The notes: generated by a model not told the origin, from the letters alone. A stretch of 64,000 nucleotides of DNA from an uncultured Bdellovibrionales bacterium (GCA_903833275.1 CAILEP010000006.1:259652-323651), one strand, 5' to 3'; shown: positions 1-10,389, counted from the first letter of the stretch. Program-made: numbers and translations.

Positions 1-313
1 TCTGTGGTTTTAAAATAGCCGGGTGAAAGCGCACGTTTTGTTTTTGGTCGTACTCGTTGATAATTCGAATGGCAAAAGTATCGAGCAACTCTTTTTGCAA
101 TTCTTTTGTCATCACATTCGGGTGGCGCGGTGAAATCAAACCCATTTCTTTGGCTAAATTAAAATTGAAGTAAAGAACTTGGCAATTTTGTAACTTGCGC
201 ACCGGGTACATGACATAGGCGCCCGGCACGGATTCTTGCCAAGAATGCCATCCATCGAGTTGTTCAAAGCCTGTTGCTCGGCGCTTGGGCGCACGTCGCG
301 TTTCTGCTGCCAT
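1..313 (-). CDS. hypothetical protein, N-terminal fragment (gene runs off the window edge)
   Basis: A minus-strand ATG at 313 opens a frame (MAAETRRAPKRRATGFEQLDGWHSWQESVPGAYVMYP...) that stays open to position 1. It is absent from the ORF track because no stop is reached. No family recognised with confidence. Confidence 0.4.
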   Translation of the reverse strand, partial: MAAETRRAPKRRATGFEQLDGWHSWQESVPGAYVMYPVRKLQNCQVLYFNFNLAKEMGLISPRHPNVMTKELQKELLDTFAIRIINEYDQKQNVRFHPAILKPQ

Positions 314-423
314 CTTTAAACGTTTCGGCTACTTAGGCGTGCAATTTGAGTTTCTTGGCAGAAAAATTGAAAATAAACTTAGATTTTGGTCGAGCTCTGC
401 CGTGCTGCATTTCGCAGCCAGAT

Positions 424-1572
424 TTAGGTAAATACCAGAGGCGCAATGCCACCGCCTGGAGAGTTAAAGTTCGTCGTTTGCCCGGTATAAAGGCGTGCGC
501 ACCCGAGTTGAATCTCGTTTCGATACACAAAAAAACGCAAGTCAAACTTGCGACCATTGAATTCGCCGGCCGGTTGAAATTCTTGGGCAACGAAATCTTG
601 CTCAGCAATATCAGCAAAGACCTTGCGAGATATAGAATTACCGCGAAAAGCCGCCTTGCCCCCGTACATATTTTTTGGTTTGAAAAATAGTTGTTTTCGT
701 CGGGCCCAGAGGTCTTCAAGGGCCCCCTCGCGCTCAGGCCCGCTTTTGCTTCTAATGGTTTCGGTCAAAAGTTCTGTCGGCAAGAAACAGGGGTCGATGC
801 GGTGTCGGTAGAAATCAATGAGACGTTCTTTGTCGGCCATCAAAAGATATTCGCGAGGCTGGGGCGATAGAAAGACGGACCCCTTCAACCATGCATCGCG
901 AAGGGCTTTTGAGCGTGATTCTGATAAATAGAAATCAACGAAGCGATTGTAAACAAAATCATACTGTTCAATTTTCAAATCGTTTATATCAACCACATCG
1001 GCTTGCCAGCCCCAGGTCTTAAGTAAGTCGCGGTACATTAAAAATTCAAAATACATTCTTTGCTTCAATATGTTTTCGTCGACAATCGCTACACGAGGGG
1101 TGGCCATCGATTTCGAAAAGGTCGACCACTCTGCGAAAAAAGAATCGCGTAAGGCCTCAAGCGGCGTTCGTTTTTGATCGCCGAATGAAAGTTTGTGCAA
1201 TTCGTAAAGCGCGACGCAAGGTAAGAACATCGAGGCGTTCGTGTTGATTTCAATTAGAGACAAGCGATCGGCGGCAGCATCAAAGTGAAAATCATAAGCC
1301 ATCAAAACTGAACTGGGTGGGGCTTGGGCGAGCAAAATGGGCTGAAGCGCGGGTGGCAATTTGGCAGAGATTTCGTTCAACCACTCGGGCGAATGTGAGA
1401 ACTTGTAAATACGATCGACGGCCTCGGCCACGCGTTGAAAAACCGCTTTCGGCAGCGGCATGACCTCTGTTGAAAGGGTATTTTCAATTTGGCCAGAAAG
1501 ATTTTCGATTGTGAGAATCGACGGATAACTTTTCTGGCACAGGGCTATAAAATCTGAAATTGCAATGCCCAT
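424..1572 (-). CDS. ATP-grasp-like protein of unknown function
   Basis: Long ORF with LIEINTNASMF, FFKPKNMYGGKAAFRG and DFVAQEF motifs reminiscent of ATP-grasp ligases. Start moved to the internal ATG (MGIAISDF) at 1572 to avoid overlapping the upstream peroxiredoxin gene. Confidence 0.6.
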   Translation of the reverse strand: MGIAISDFIALCQKSYPSILTIENLSGQIENTLSTEVMPLPKAVFQRVAEAVDRIYKFSHSPEWLNEISAKLPPALQPILLAQAPPSSVLMAYDFHFDAAADRLSLIEINTNASMFLPCVALYELHKLSFGDQKRTPLEALRDSFFAEWSTFSKSMATPRVAIVDENILKQRMYFEFLMYRDLLKTWGWQADVVDINDLKIEQYDFVYNRFVDFYLSESRSKALRDAWLKGSVFLSPQPREYLLMADKERLIDFYRHRIDPCFLPTELLTETIRSKSGPEREGALEDLWARRKQLFFKPKNMYGGKAAFRGNSISRKVFADIAEQDFVAQEFQPAGEFNGRKFDLRFFVYRNEIQLGCARLYTGQTTNFNSPGGGIAPLVFT

Positions 1573-1583
1573 TTTTTGGGCGC

Positions 1584-2108
1584 TTACTTGGGCTGAACGT
1601 GTTTTGAGCCGGGCTTCCAGCCGGCGCCGCACAGCTCGCCCGATTTCAGGGCCTGTAAAACGCGCAAAATTTCGTTGGCGTCGCGGCCGACATTTAAATT
1701 ATGAATGCCCATATATTGAATCACGCCCTCGGGGTCGATGACAAATGTGCCGCGAGTGGCGATGCCTTTATCATGCATCAGAACACCATAATCACGCGCC
1801 ACTTGTTTCGTGACATCGCCAATCAGGGGGTAGCCTAAGTTTCCGAGATCATCTTTGAGCCAACGTTTGTGCGAGTGCACAGAATCGACACTACAGCCAA
1901 GAACTTCGGCGCCAGCCTCTTTAAAAGATTTAAGGCTGTCGCGAAATTGTGTGATTTCGGTGGGGCAAACAAAAGTAAAGTCGAGCGGGTAGAAAAATAA
2001 CACGACATATTTGCCGCGATAGTTCGCAAGACTGATCTCTTTAAAGTCACCACCGTCGACCACAGCATGGGCGGTGAAGAGCGGTGCTGGTTGACCAATC
2101 ATTGGCAT
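1584..2108 (-). CDS. 2-Cys peroxiredoxin (AhpC/TSA family)
   Basis: Has the FYPLDFTFVCPTEI peroxidatic-Cys motif and a second Cys near the C-terminus. Start chosen at MPMIGQPAP, which follows AAGGAG. Confidence 0.9.
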   Translation of the reverse strand: MPMIGQPAPLFTAHAVVDGGDFKEISLANYRGKYVVLFFYPLDFTFVCPTEITQFRDSLKSFKEAGAEVLGCSVDSVHSHKRWLKDDLGNLGYPLIGDVTKQVARDYGVLMHDKGIATRGTFVIDPEGVIQYMGIHNLNVGRDANEILRVLQALKSGELCGAGWKPGSKHVQPK

Positions 2109-2184
2109 AAAATTCTCCTTGTGTGAAAGATTCAGACGACCTAATTTATGTGCCATAAAAACAGCCCCTCAGCAAGGAGCTCAG

Positions 2185-2949
2185 ATGCGAATCATCACCT
2201 GGAACGTAAACGGCATTCGCGCCGTCGCCAAAAAAGGTCTTTTTGAATTTATCTCGGCGCGCGACCCAGATATTCTTTGTCTACAAGAAACTAAAGCTCA
2301 TCCTGATCAGTTGACGACGGAGCTTTTGGCTCCGCCAGGGCGTGAGAGTTTTTGGTCGGCAGCGCAAAAGCCAGGCTATTCAGGCACGGCCACCTTCGTT
2401 AAAAAGCCCTGCGAGGGCATAAAATACGGCATCGGGATTAAAAAGTTCGATAGCGAGGGTCGATTTGTGATCACTGATCACGGTCGCTTTCTCTTATATA
2501 ATGTTTACTTTCCGAATGGTGGGTCAGGTGAAGAACGCCATCTATTCAAGCAAGATTTTTTGCGTAAATTTAAAAGTCACCTAAAGCAGGTGCTAGACTC
2601 AGGTCGAGAAGTCATTCTTGTCGGCGACTACAACGTGGCGCACAAAGATGGCGATGTTTATGACCCAAAAAAACTCGCAAACGAGTCGGGTTTTTTGCCA
2701 GAAGAGCGCCAATGGTTCGGTGAATTTTTGGAAGTCGGCTTTGTCGATGCCTTTCGGCACTTGCACCCCAACGCACAAAAGCGGTTTACCTGGTGGAGTT
2801 ACCAAGATCGCGGGCGGCTCGCAAACCGTGGCTGGCGTATCGACTACATATGTTTGTCAAAGGGTCTAGCAGCCCAGCTTAAGAGCTGCGAAATTCTTGA
2901 TGACGTCGAGGGTTCTGACCATTGCCCGGTGGTATGTGAGTTAGACTGA
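2185..2949 (+). CDS. xth: exodeoxyribonuclease III
   Basis: MRIITWNVNGIRA N-terminus, LCLQETK, and C-terminal SDHCPV motif. AAGGAG lies upstream of the ATG at 2185. Confidence 0.9.
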   Translation: MRIITWNVNGIRAVAKKGLFEFISARDPDILCLQETKAHPDQLTTELLAPPGRESFWSAAQKPGYSGTATFVKKPCEGIKYGIGIKKFDSEGRFVITDHGRFLLYNVYFPNGGSGEERHLFKQDFLRKFKSHLKQVLDSGREVILVGDYNVAHKDGDVYDPKKLANESGFLPEERQWFGEFLEVGFVDAFRHLHPNAQKRFTWWSYQDRGRLANRGWRIDYICLSKGLAAQLKSCEILDDVEGSDHCPVVCELD

Positions 2950-2989
2950 GCCTCGACGAACAATCTTGTTTGCTGATAATCTATTGCTC

Positions 2990-3499
2990 ATGCGATTTGT
3001 GCGTTTTTTATTTTTAAGTGGCCAGCCTTATCAAATTTTCTCGTGCCTCAGTGCGAGTTTTTTTGTCGCGCTGTTTTCTTTAAGTGCCGGCGCTGGCCTG
3101 TGTGTGACGTCAAACGGGGTCAACTTGCGTGCCGGGCCTGGCTCAAAATACCCAATCACTTGGAAGGTAGAAAAGTTCACCCCGCTTGCTGAACTGCAAA
3201 GCTCAGGCGGGTGGATTCAAGTAGAAGATATGGACGGTGAGAAACATTGGGTTTACGGCGGTAACGTAACAAGAAAATTAGTGTGTGTGTCGGTGCGGGT
3301 GAATGCGGCGAGACTGAAAAAAGCACCGGGCCCGCAAGGCGAGCCGGCGGATATTAAATTCGTTGATAAATACACCGCCTTTAAACGTCTCGACGAGCAA
3401 GATGATTGGTATGAGGTTGAAGCGAGTTGGGGCGAGACCTACTGGGTTCAAAGTACAAATGTTTGGCGGCCGTTGCGAGTGGCTCGAGTTAACTTTTAG
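2990..3499 (+). CDS. secreted SH3b-domain protein
   Basis: Hydrophobic N-terminus followed by two SH3b-like segments (GVNLRAGPGSKYPITW..., VNAARLKKAPGPQGE...). Confidence 0.6.
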   Translation: MRFVRFLFLSGQPYQIFSCLSASFFVALFSLSAGAGLCVTSNGVNLRAGPGSKYPITWKVEKFTPLAELQSSGGWIQVEDMDGEKHWVYGGNVTRKLVCVSVRVNAARLKKAPGPQGEPADIKFVDKYTAFKRLDEQDDWYEVEASWGETYWVQSTNVWRPLRVARVNF

Positions 3500-3804
3500 C
3501 GGAAGACTCAATTTCGTTGATCGAGTCTTGACGATTTGTTAACTAATCGCTAGCCCTTAGACCAGGTAAAATTTATAGAATCTGCATGTTAAATTTGCAA
3601 AATTCGCATAGTAAACAGCTATAAATTTGATTAGAAAACAGGCAGTGTCTCGACCTGGAACATATAAAAATAGTAATAAAATTAGATACTTAATGTATTT
3701 AAGATATTTTCAGATTTAAAACTTGCCTTACCCTATGCGTTGTGTGTAAATAGTTCAGTTCCAAATTGGAACTACTTCATAAAGTACCTGAGGGGGATAA
3801 CTGC

Positions 3805-4176
3805 ATGGGACTTTCGAAATCACTGGTTGAGCGTTGCAAGAAGGCACTTCTCGAATCAAAAGCGGATATTTTAAACCGCGTTCGTGATGTGCGAAAAGAT
3901 TTGAATTCATCTGAAGATGGTAAATCTGGAGATGAAGGCGATCAGACGGTAAGAGCGCTAGCCGAGAGCGAAGCCCTTTCGAATAACGAAAGACTTCGTA
4001 ACCAATTGATGGAAATCGAAATGGCGCTGTCGAGAATCGAAGATGGCACTTATGGCGTTTGTGAAGAGACCGAAGAGGCTATCGAGCCCGATCGTCTTTT
4101 GGCGATCCCCTGGACACGCCTAAGCATCGAAGGCGCAGAAATTCGCGAATCGATGACCAAACGTTACGCACGATAA
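3805..4176 (+). CDS. DksA/TraR-family regulator lacking the C4 zinc finger
   Basis: Coiled-coil region with a DxxDxA-like acidic tip (GDEGDQTVRALAESEA) and a C-terminal RIEDGTYGVCEETEEAIEPDRLLAIPWTRLSIE segment. Only one Cys occupies the finger region. GAGGGGG RBS upstream. Confidence 0.7.
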   Translation: MGLSKSLVERCKKALLESKADILNRVRDVRKDLNSSEDGKSGDEGDQTVRALAESEALSNNERLRNQLMEIEMALSRIEDGTYGVCEETEEAIEPDRLLAIPWTRLSIEGAEIRESMTKRYAR

Positions 4177-4207
4177 TTTAATTTTAAAAGCAAATAGACC
4201 GGCTGTT

Positions 4208-5227
4208 TTACTTAGAAACAGCCGCCCATCCGCAGAGTTTAAAAAGCAAACGCGAACCAACATTGCCATCCCACTCGTCACCTTCGGGGCCCGGCGCGAC
4301 CTCATTCAAATCAAAGCCAATAATTTTGCGCCCTGATTTCACAATTTGAGCCAGTAAATAGCAGGCCTCGTCGAAGCTTAAGCCGCCCGGCACAGGCGTG
4401 CCTGTGTGTGGGCAAAAGTGCGGCGCAAGCCCATCAATATCAAATGAAACATAAACATTTTTTGGCAATGGCTTCAGAATTTTCTCAACGAGTTGCCCCC
4501 ATGCTTCGCCTTGCATTTGGGCGGACTTCAATTGTGAATCAAAAAATGTTGTGACTTGGCTCTCATTGCTTTGAATAAAGTCATACTCCTCTTGGCAGAA
4601 ATCACGAATGCCCACTTGCACCAGGTGTTTTGGCGGGGTTTTGAGCGCGCAAACATTGCGCATAATTGAAGCATGGGAGTGTGAAAAGCCTTGGTAGGCG
4701 AGCCGCAAATCGGCGTGGGCATCGATGTGCAAAATGCCAAAGTCGCCCGCGTAGTGTTCGCCAACGGCGCGAATAGCCCCGAGGGGCGTTGAGTGATCGC
4801 CGCCAATAAGGCCAGGGATCTTATTTTCTTTAATGACCGCCGCGGTTTTGCGATACACCAGCTCGGTCATTTCGGTGCAGGCCGAATTAATTTGCTTCAA
4901 AGTCGCCTTATGAGGGGCGCTGAGCTCGGTAGTTTCGTCCCAGGCGCCAATAATCTCTTGGGCCAGGGGTTTGAGTTTATTGTTGTTGGCCATAAAAAAG
5001 GGGTCTTCTTTTTCAAGAAAAAAGCCTTGTTCATAGGCATTGCCGAATTCGATATCAAAAAGGTCAATCTGGGGGCTCGCTTCAAGAATCGCACGCGGGC
5101 CATGGCTTGTACCCGAACCATATGAGGTCGTGACCTCCCACGGAACTGGCGTCAAAATCACCTTTGATTCTTTGCGCGTTGAGATCAGGCCAAAAATGCC
5201 ACCTGAGTTTGTGCTTTGTTTAATCAT
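4208..5227 (-). CDS. arginase/agmatinase/formiminoglutamase-family ureohydrolase
   Basis: Mn-binding motifs GGDHSTPLG, LHIDAHADLR and SFDIDGL. Start chosen at MIKQSTNS after AAAGG. Confidence 0.85.
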   Translation of the reverse strand: MIKQSTNSGGIFGLISTRKESKVILTPVPWEVTTSYGSGTSHGPRAILEASPQIDLFDIEFGNAYEQGFFLEKEDPFFMANNNKLKPLAQEIIGAWDETTELSAPHKATLKQINSACTEMTELVYRKTAAVIKENKIPGLIGGDHSTPLGAIRAVGEHYAGDFGILHIDAHADLRLAYQGFSHSHASIMRNVCALKTPPKHLVQVGIRDFCQEEYDFIQSNESQVTTFFDSQLKSAQMQGEAWGQLVEKILKPLPKNVYVSFDIDGLAPHFCPHTGTPVPGGLSFDEACYLLAQIVKSGRKIIGFDLNEVAPGPEGDEWDGNVGSRLLFKLCGWAAVSK

Positions 5228-5280
5228 TGGGTAACCTTTCATTGAACAAATTTCGACCACGCAACTCGGGGGTTCTTCAG

Positions 5281-6927
5281 ATGTGCAAAAGATCTTGTTT
5301 CGTTCTCTTTGTCTATATTATTGCGAGCTATTGTGGTGTTCAAGCAAATGCGACAGTTGTTATTGGTAACCCCGATGCTCCGGTGGGTGGGGTTGAAAGA
5401 TTGGCAATTGAATCTGAGCCGGCAACCTTGAATCCGTTGAAGGGCCAAGATGGGTATGCCCATATGGTCGAAAGCGCCTGCTTTGATGGCTTGCTTGATC
5501 GTAATATTGAGACCTTTGATTGGGAGCCCGCTGTAGCTGAAAAGTGGGAGGTCGCCAAAGACGGCAAGTCGATCACTTTTACATTGCGCAAAGGCGTTAA
5601 GTTTCACGATGGCACTCCGCTGACCGTTGAAGATGTTAAGTTTTCTTTCGAAGTTTATTTTAACCCTGAGCTCTCTGACGCCATTATGCGCGCCTATTAC
5701 GAAAATATTGAAAAAGCCGAGATTTTGGGCCCCGATAAAATTAAATTTATAATTAAAAAACCTTATTTTAAGAATTTGGATGTATTGGGTGGGTTGACGA
5801 TTCTACCGAAGGCCCATTATGGCGACAAAAACAAGAAAATGACAAAAACCATGGTGGGCTCGGGCGCCTATAAGTTCGAAAAATACGACCAGGGTAAGTC
5901 GATCACGCTTGTGCGCAACCCCGACTGGTGGGGCTTTAATCTGCCCGAATACAAGGGCTACAACAAAGTTGAAAAAATCGTCTATGAATTTATTAAGGAC
6001 GAGAACGCGCGACTTGAGTCATTTAAAAAAGGGGATCTCGACTATATAGATCTTACCGCTGATCAATTCGAAAAAAAGACCGACGGCCCGATGTGGGGCA
6101 CAACGGTTTTTAAAAAGCAGGTTGAGAATTCAGCGCCGAAACGAATTGGTTTTGTTGGTTTCAATTTGAAAAATAGAATATTCAAAGATCGTGATGTGCG
6201 TTTGGCGATGGTTAAACTTTTTGATCGAAGATCAATGATAAAAAAGTTTATGTATGACAAATGGGTTTTGGCAGCGGGGCCGTGGTACCCGCAAAGCCCG
6301 AGTGCGGATCACGATCTTAAGCCGATCGAGTTTGACCCAGCTTCGGCCCGCGAGCTTCTGAAAAAAGCGGGTTGGGCTGACCATGATAAAGACGGCGTGC
6401 TCGACAAAACCATTGATGGCAAAAAAGTGGAATTTCAATTTACCACTATTTTACCGAGTGGCAGCCCGAACGAAAAATACATGACGGTCTACCAAGAAGA
6501 GCTCAAAAAATCTGGCATTAAGATGGAAATCAAAACCGTTGACTGGAATACCTTTCAAAAAGTCATGGACGATCGTAACTTTGATGCCGTGGTATTGGCT
6601 TGGGGCGGGGTCGTCGAAATGGACCCCTATCAAATCTGGCATTCAAAAAGCGACGTCAAGGGCGGCTCGAATTTCATTGGCTATTCGAACCCTGAGGTTG
6701 ATAAACTTATCGAACTTATTCGCCACGAAATGGATCGAAATAAACGCGAAGCACTTCAGCGCAAAGTGTATCGTTTGATTGCAGAAGACTACCCCTATGT
6801 ATTTATGTGGAGCCCTAAATATGAGTTTCTGGCTTACAGCGCGCGCATGAAAATGGTGAAGCCCACTTACAAATACGGTGTTGGTGCGGGCACATGGTGG
6901 ATTGAAGATAAAAAAGCGGCACAGTAA
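5281..6927 (+). CDS. ABC transporter substrate-binding protein, family 5 (peptide/nickel, YejA/OppA-like)
   Basis: Signal peptide, about 550 aa, and typical SBP_bac_5 segments (LRKGVKFHDGTPLTVEDVKFSFE, NPDWWG). Confidence 0.85.
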   Translation: MCKRSCFVLFVYIIASYCGVQANATVVIGNPDAPVGGVERLAIESEPATLNPLKGQDGYAHMVESACFDGLLDRNIETFDWEPAVAEKWEVAKDGKSITFTLRKGVKFHDGTPLTVEDVKFSFEVYFNPELSDAIMRAYYENIEKAEILGPDKIKFIIKKPYFKNLDVLGGLTILPKAHYGDKNKKMTKTMVGSGAYKFEKYDQGKSITLVRNPDWWGFNLPEYKGYNKVEKIVYEFIKDENARLESFKKGDLDYIDLTADQFEKKTDGPMWGTTVFKKQVENSAPKRIGFVGFNLKNRIFKDRDVRLAMVKLFDRRSMIKKFMYDKWVLAAGPWYPQSPSADHDLKPIEFDPASARELLKKAGWADHDKDGVLDKTIDGKKVEFQFTTILPSGSPNEKYMTVYQEELKKSGIKMEIKTVDWNTFQKVMDDRNFDAVVLAWGGVVEMDPYQIWHSKSDVKGGSNFIGYSNPEVDKLIELIRHEMDRNKREALQRKVYRLIAEDYPYVFMWSPKYEFLAYSARMKMVKPTYKYGVGAGTWWIEDKKAAQ

Positions 6928-7976
6928 TGCATAAATATTTGTTAAAGCGTGTTCTCGTGTTGGTGCCGACGTTATTTGGCATCACGCTTTTTTCTTTTAT
7001 CATTATTAATCTAGCCCCGGGCGGGCCCATCGAGCAGAAAATCCAGCAGTTGCGCTTCGGCGCAATAATGGGTGGCGGCGGTGGCGGTGCCGGGGTTCAC
7101 GCCGATTCTGGCAGCCAAAACGAATCAGGGGTCTCACAAGAGGTGGTTGAGGCGCTCAAGAAGCAATATGGTTTTGATAAACCAATGTATGTGCGCTTTG
7201 GCATCTGGCTTAAGAACGTTGCGACGTTTAATTTCGGCGAAAGCTTTGTCTACGATCGCCCGGTGACCGAAGTGATCGTCAGTAAGTTGCCCGTGTCGCT
7301 TCAGTTTGGAGTTCTGTCGTTTATTTTAACCTACTTAATCTGCATACCTCTCGGGGTGATGAAGGCCGTTCGCAGCGGCTCGAAGTTTGACTCAGCTTCA
7401 AGTTTTGTCTTGTTTGTTTTGTACTCAATCCCGCCAGTGATGTTGGGCGTTTTGCTGATGGTATTCTTTGCGGGAGGGTCGTACTTCAACTGGTTTCCGG
7501 CAAAGGGGCTGGTATCAGAAGCCTACGATACCCTTTCTTTGGGCGGTAAAATTCTCGATCGCGCCCATCACTTTGCGCTGCCGCTCATTTGTTACATGAT
7601 CAATGGCTTTACAACGCTAACGTTACTGATGAAAAATTCTTTGTTAGATGAAATCAAATCAGATTATGTACGCACAGCACGGGCCAAAGGCTTAAGTGAA
7701 AATGTGGTGATCTATCGTCACGCCCTTCGCAATGCTTTGATACCAATTGTCACCGGCATGGGCGGCTTTCTGGGGCTCTTTTTGGCGGGGTCGATGATTA
7801 TTGAGCAGCTGTTCTCGCTCGATGGCATTGGTCTTTTGGGTTTTAGCGCGGCGCTGGCTCGAGATTATAATGTGTTGATGGCACTTATCTTTATATCAAG
7901 TCTTGTGGCGCTTTTGGGGCGCTTGATGAGTGACCTTCTTTATGTGGTGGTCGACCCGCGAATTGATTTTGACTAA
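6927..7976 (+). CDS. ABC transporter permease (YejB/OppB-like)
   Basis: N-terminus MHKYLLKRVLVLVPTLFGITLFSFIIINLAPGGP, an EAA-like loop (YVRTARAKGLSE) and C-terminal VDPRI. TAATG overlap with the SBP gene. Confidence 0.9.
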   Translation: MHKYLLKRVLVLVPTLFGITLFSFIIINLAPGGPIEQKIQQLRFGAIMGGGGGGAGVHADSGSQNESGVSQEVVEALKKQYGFDKPMYVRFGIWLKNVATFNFGESFVYDRPVTEVIVSKLPVSLQFGVLSFILTYLICIPLGVMKAVRSGSKFDSASSFVLFVLYSIPPVMLGVLLMVFFAGGSYFNWFPAKGLVSEAYDTLSLGGKILDRAHHFALPLICYMINGFTTLTLLMKNSLLDEIKSDYVRTARAKGLSENVVIYRHALRNALIPIVTGMGGFLGLFLAGSMIIEQLFSLDGIGLLGFSAALARDYNVLMALIFISSLVALLGRLMSDLLYVVVDPRIDFD

Positions 7977-7997
7977 CTTTACGAAACGGCGAGTGCA

Positions 7998-8957
7998 ATG
8001 AAAGCAGCTCTCTACATTTTTGGTTTTTTTCTGTTCTTGAGTTTGACTGCCGAATTTTGGGCCAACTCAAAGCCCATGGTAATGAAGTATCATGGCGAAT
8101 ACTATCTGCCGGTGGCGAAAACCTACTATCCGGATATTTTTGGCCAAAAAGATGAAGTGGTGACCAATTATCGCGCAATCGAGCTGGCCACCGACGATTG
8201 GGCTATCTGGCCGCCCGTTAAATGGGACCCTCTTGAAAGCAATAAGCGAGTCGAAAATTACCCCTCGCCGCCAACCTCAGAAAATATTTTCGGCACTGAC
8301 GATCGCGGGCGAGATGTGCTCTCGCGTCTTATTTACGGTTTTCGCTACAGCATCGTTTTCGCCTTACTTGTGTGGCTCGCTACCTATATTTTGGGCACAA
8401 TCGCAGGGGCCGTGATGGGCTATTTGGGCGGCCAAGTCGATCTGCAAGGTCAACGCGTCGTTGAGATTTTCGATTCGATGCCGACGATGTTACTTCTGAT
8501 CACCATGATTTCAATTTTTAGCGCGACATTGAAGTTGCTGGTTTTGTTCACCACGATTTTTGGTTGGATGATGATTTCAGTTTACATGCGGGCCGAGTTC
8601 TTGCGCTTGCGTCGGCGAGATTTTGTTGAAAGTGCCCGCGCTCTAGGGGCCGGCAATCTGCGTATTATTTTTCGTCATATATTACCAAATGCGCTCAGCC
8701 CGATTTTGACTTTTAGCGCCTTTACCATTGCCGGCGGGATTTCTTCGCTGGCGGCCCTCGACTATCTGGGTTTTGGATTGCCGCCGCCGACGCCTAGTTG
8801 GGGCGAGTTGCTCAATCAGGCGCAACGTAATTTTACTGTGGCCTGGTGGTTGGCGGTGTTTCCGTCAATGGCGCTGTTCTTCTCTTTGGTCATATTGAAT
8901 CTAATCGGCGAAGGAGTGCGCGACCGCTTGGACCCGCGCCGAAAGAAAATTAGCTAA
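7998..8957 (+). CDS. ABC transporter permease (YejE/OppC-like)
   Basis: Multi-TM protein with GTDDRGRDVLSRLIYG and ESARALGAGNLRIIFRHILPN motifs. Confidence 0.9.
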   Translation: MKAALYIFGFFLFLSLTAEFWANSKPMVMKYHGEYYLPVAKTYYPDIFGQKDEVVTNYRAIELATDDWAIWPPVKWDPLESNKRVENYPSPPTSENIFGTDDRGRDVLSRLIYGFRYSIVFALLVWLATYILGTIAGAVMGYLGGQVDLQGQRVVEIFDSMPTMLLLITMISIFSATLKLLVLFTTIFGWMMISVYMRAEFLRLRRRDFVESARALGAGNLRIIFRHILPNALSPILTFSAFTIAGGISSLAALDYLGFGLPPPTPSWGELLNQAQRNFTVAWWLAVFPSMALFFSLVILNLIGEGVRDRLDPRRKKIS

Positions 8958-9237
8958 TTAGGCCCAGCCCCAAAAGTCAGTTAAATGGCTCACTAAACCG
9001 AAACTGTTCAGCGGGCGGAGTTTTGATCCGACCCGAACGTTTTATGGACGTAGCCCCCACTTGGTTTGTGCTCGAGTTGGCTTGGGATTTGCTGAATTAA
9101 TAGACAGAATTTTAACCAGGTGGGGCGCCCTATAGATAGGTGCTCGACGCGCTGTTTACTCCTCGAAAGACGGTATCTTTCTGACTGAGGTGATATTAGA
9201 TTTTGGGTGGGGCAGCACTAATATAAGGAGACCTTAA

Positions 9238-10389
9238 ATGGCAACAATTGAACGATCTCATGATAAATCGGGCGGAACCGACAAAGTGAGCGATGGCGAC
9301 AAAGCAAAAGCACTAGAGCTTGCGTTTGCGGCGATCGAAAAACAATTTGGTAAAGGCGCGATCATGAAACTTGGCGGGGGCGAAAACCTCTTTCAAGACG
9401 TACCGGTTGTATCGACTGGTGCACTTAGCCTCGACATCGCACTTGGCATCGGCGGCTTGCCGCGCGGTCGAATCATTGAAATTTTTGGCCCAGAAAGCTC
9501 GGGTAAAACAACACTCGCACTTTCAACAGTGGCACAGGCGCAAAAAGCAGGCGGAACGGCCGCATACATTGACGCCGAACATGCTCTTGATTTGTCTTAT
9601 GCTCGTAAGTTGGGCGTGAACACTAAAGATATGTTGATCTCTCAACCCGATGCAGGCGAACAGGCTCTTGAAATTACTGAGACCCTTGTGCGTTCGGGCG
9701 CCATTGATATTTTGGTTGTCGATTCTGTAGCGGCATTGACCCCCAGAGCTGAAATCGAAGGCGAAATGGGCGACTCACACATGGGCTTACAAGCTCGTTT
9801 GATGTCACAAGCATTGCGTAAGTTAACTGCGGCCATTGCGCGATCGAATACGTTGGTGATTTTCATTAACCAAATTCGGATGAAGATCGGCGTTATGTTT
9901 GGCAACCCAGAGACGACAACTGGTGGTAACGCATTGAAGTTTTACTCATCTGTACGTTTGGATGTTCGTCGCATTGGCGCCATTAAAAATGGTGAAGATG
10001 TGGTGGGTTCACGCACAGCGGTTAAAGTTGTGAAAAACAAAATGGCGCCGCCGTTTGCTAAGGTTGAATTCGATCTTATGTACGGTGATGGCATTTCGCT
10101 TGAAGGCGATGTTTTAGATCTGGGCGTGAAGTATGAGCTGATCGACAAATCGGGCGCATGGTACAGTGTAAAAGAAGAGCGCATTGGTCAAGGTCGCGAA
10201 CAGGCGATTAAGTATTTCAAAGAGAATGCTAAATTGACTCAAGATTTACGAACTCAAATTTTGAAAATGACGATTCACAAAGAGCGCACAGCAGCGGCGG
10301 CAGCTGCAGTAACAGCGGGCACCGCGGCGAAGGCCGGCGAGAAGGCCACTGAAAAAACAGCTGAAAAGATCGCGCTTAAAAAGCACTAA
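9238..10389 (+). CDS. recA: recombinase RecA
   Basis: [12 protein letters not shown] Walker A, IDAEHALD and VVDSVAAL motifs. Strong RBS (AAGGAGA). Ala-rich C-terminal tail. Confidence 0.98.
   Translation: MATIERSHDKSGGTDKVSDGDKAKALELAFAAIEKQFGKGAIMKLGGGENLFQDVPVVSTGALSLDIALGIGGLPRGRIIEIFGPESSGKTTLALSTVAQAQKAGGTAAYIDAEHALDLSYARKLGVNTKDMLISQPDAGEQALEITETLVRSGAIDILVVDSVAALTPRAEIEGEMGDSHMGLQARLMSQALRKLTAAIARSNTLVIFINQIRMKIGVMFGNPETTTGGNALKFYSSVRLDVRRIGAIKNGEDVVGSRTAVKVVKNKMAPPFAKVEFDLMYGDGISLEGDVLDLGVKYELIDKSGAWYSVKEERIGQGREQAIKYFKENAKLTQDLRTQILKMTIHKERTAAAAAAVTAGTAAKAGEKATEKTAEKIALKKH

Noticed and set aside
333-719. 128-aa (minus) and 114-aa (plus) ORFs at the 3' end of the ATP-grasp gene
   Set aside because: They overlap the longer, motif-bearing 424-1572 ORF, with no independent signals.
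8958-9237. LexA/SOS box upstream of recA
   Set aside because: I looked for CTGT-N8-ACAG and TTAC-N3-GTAA type palindromes by eye and found none, so no claim is made.
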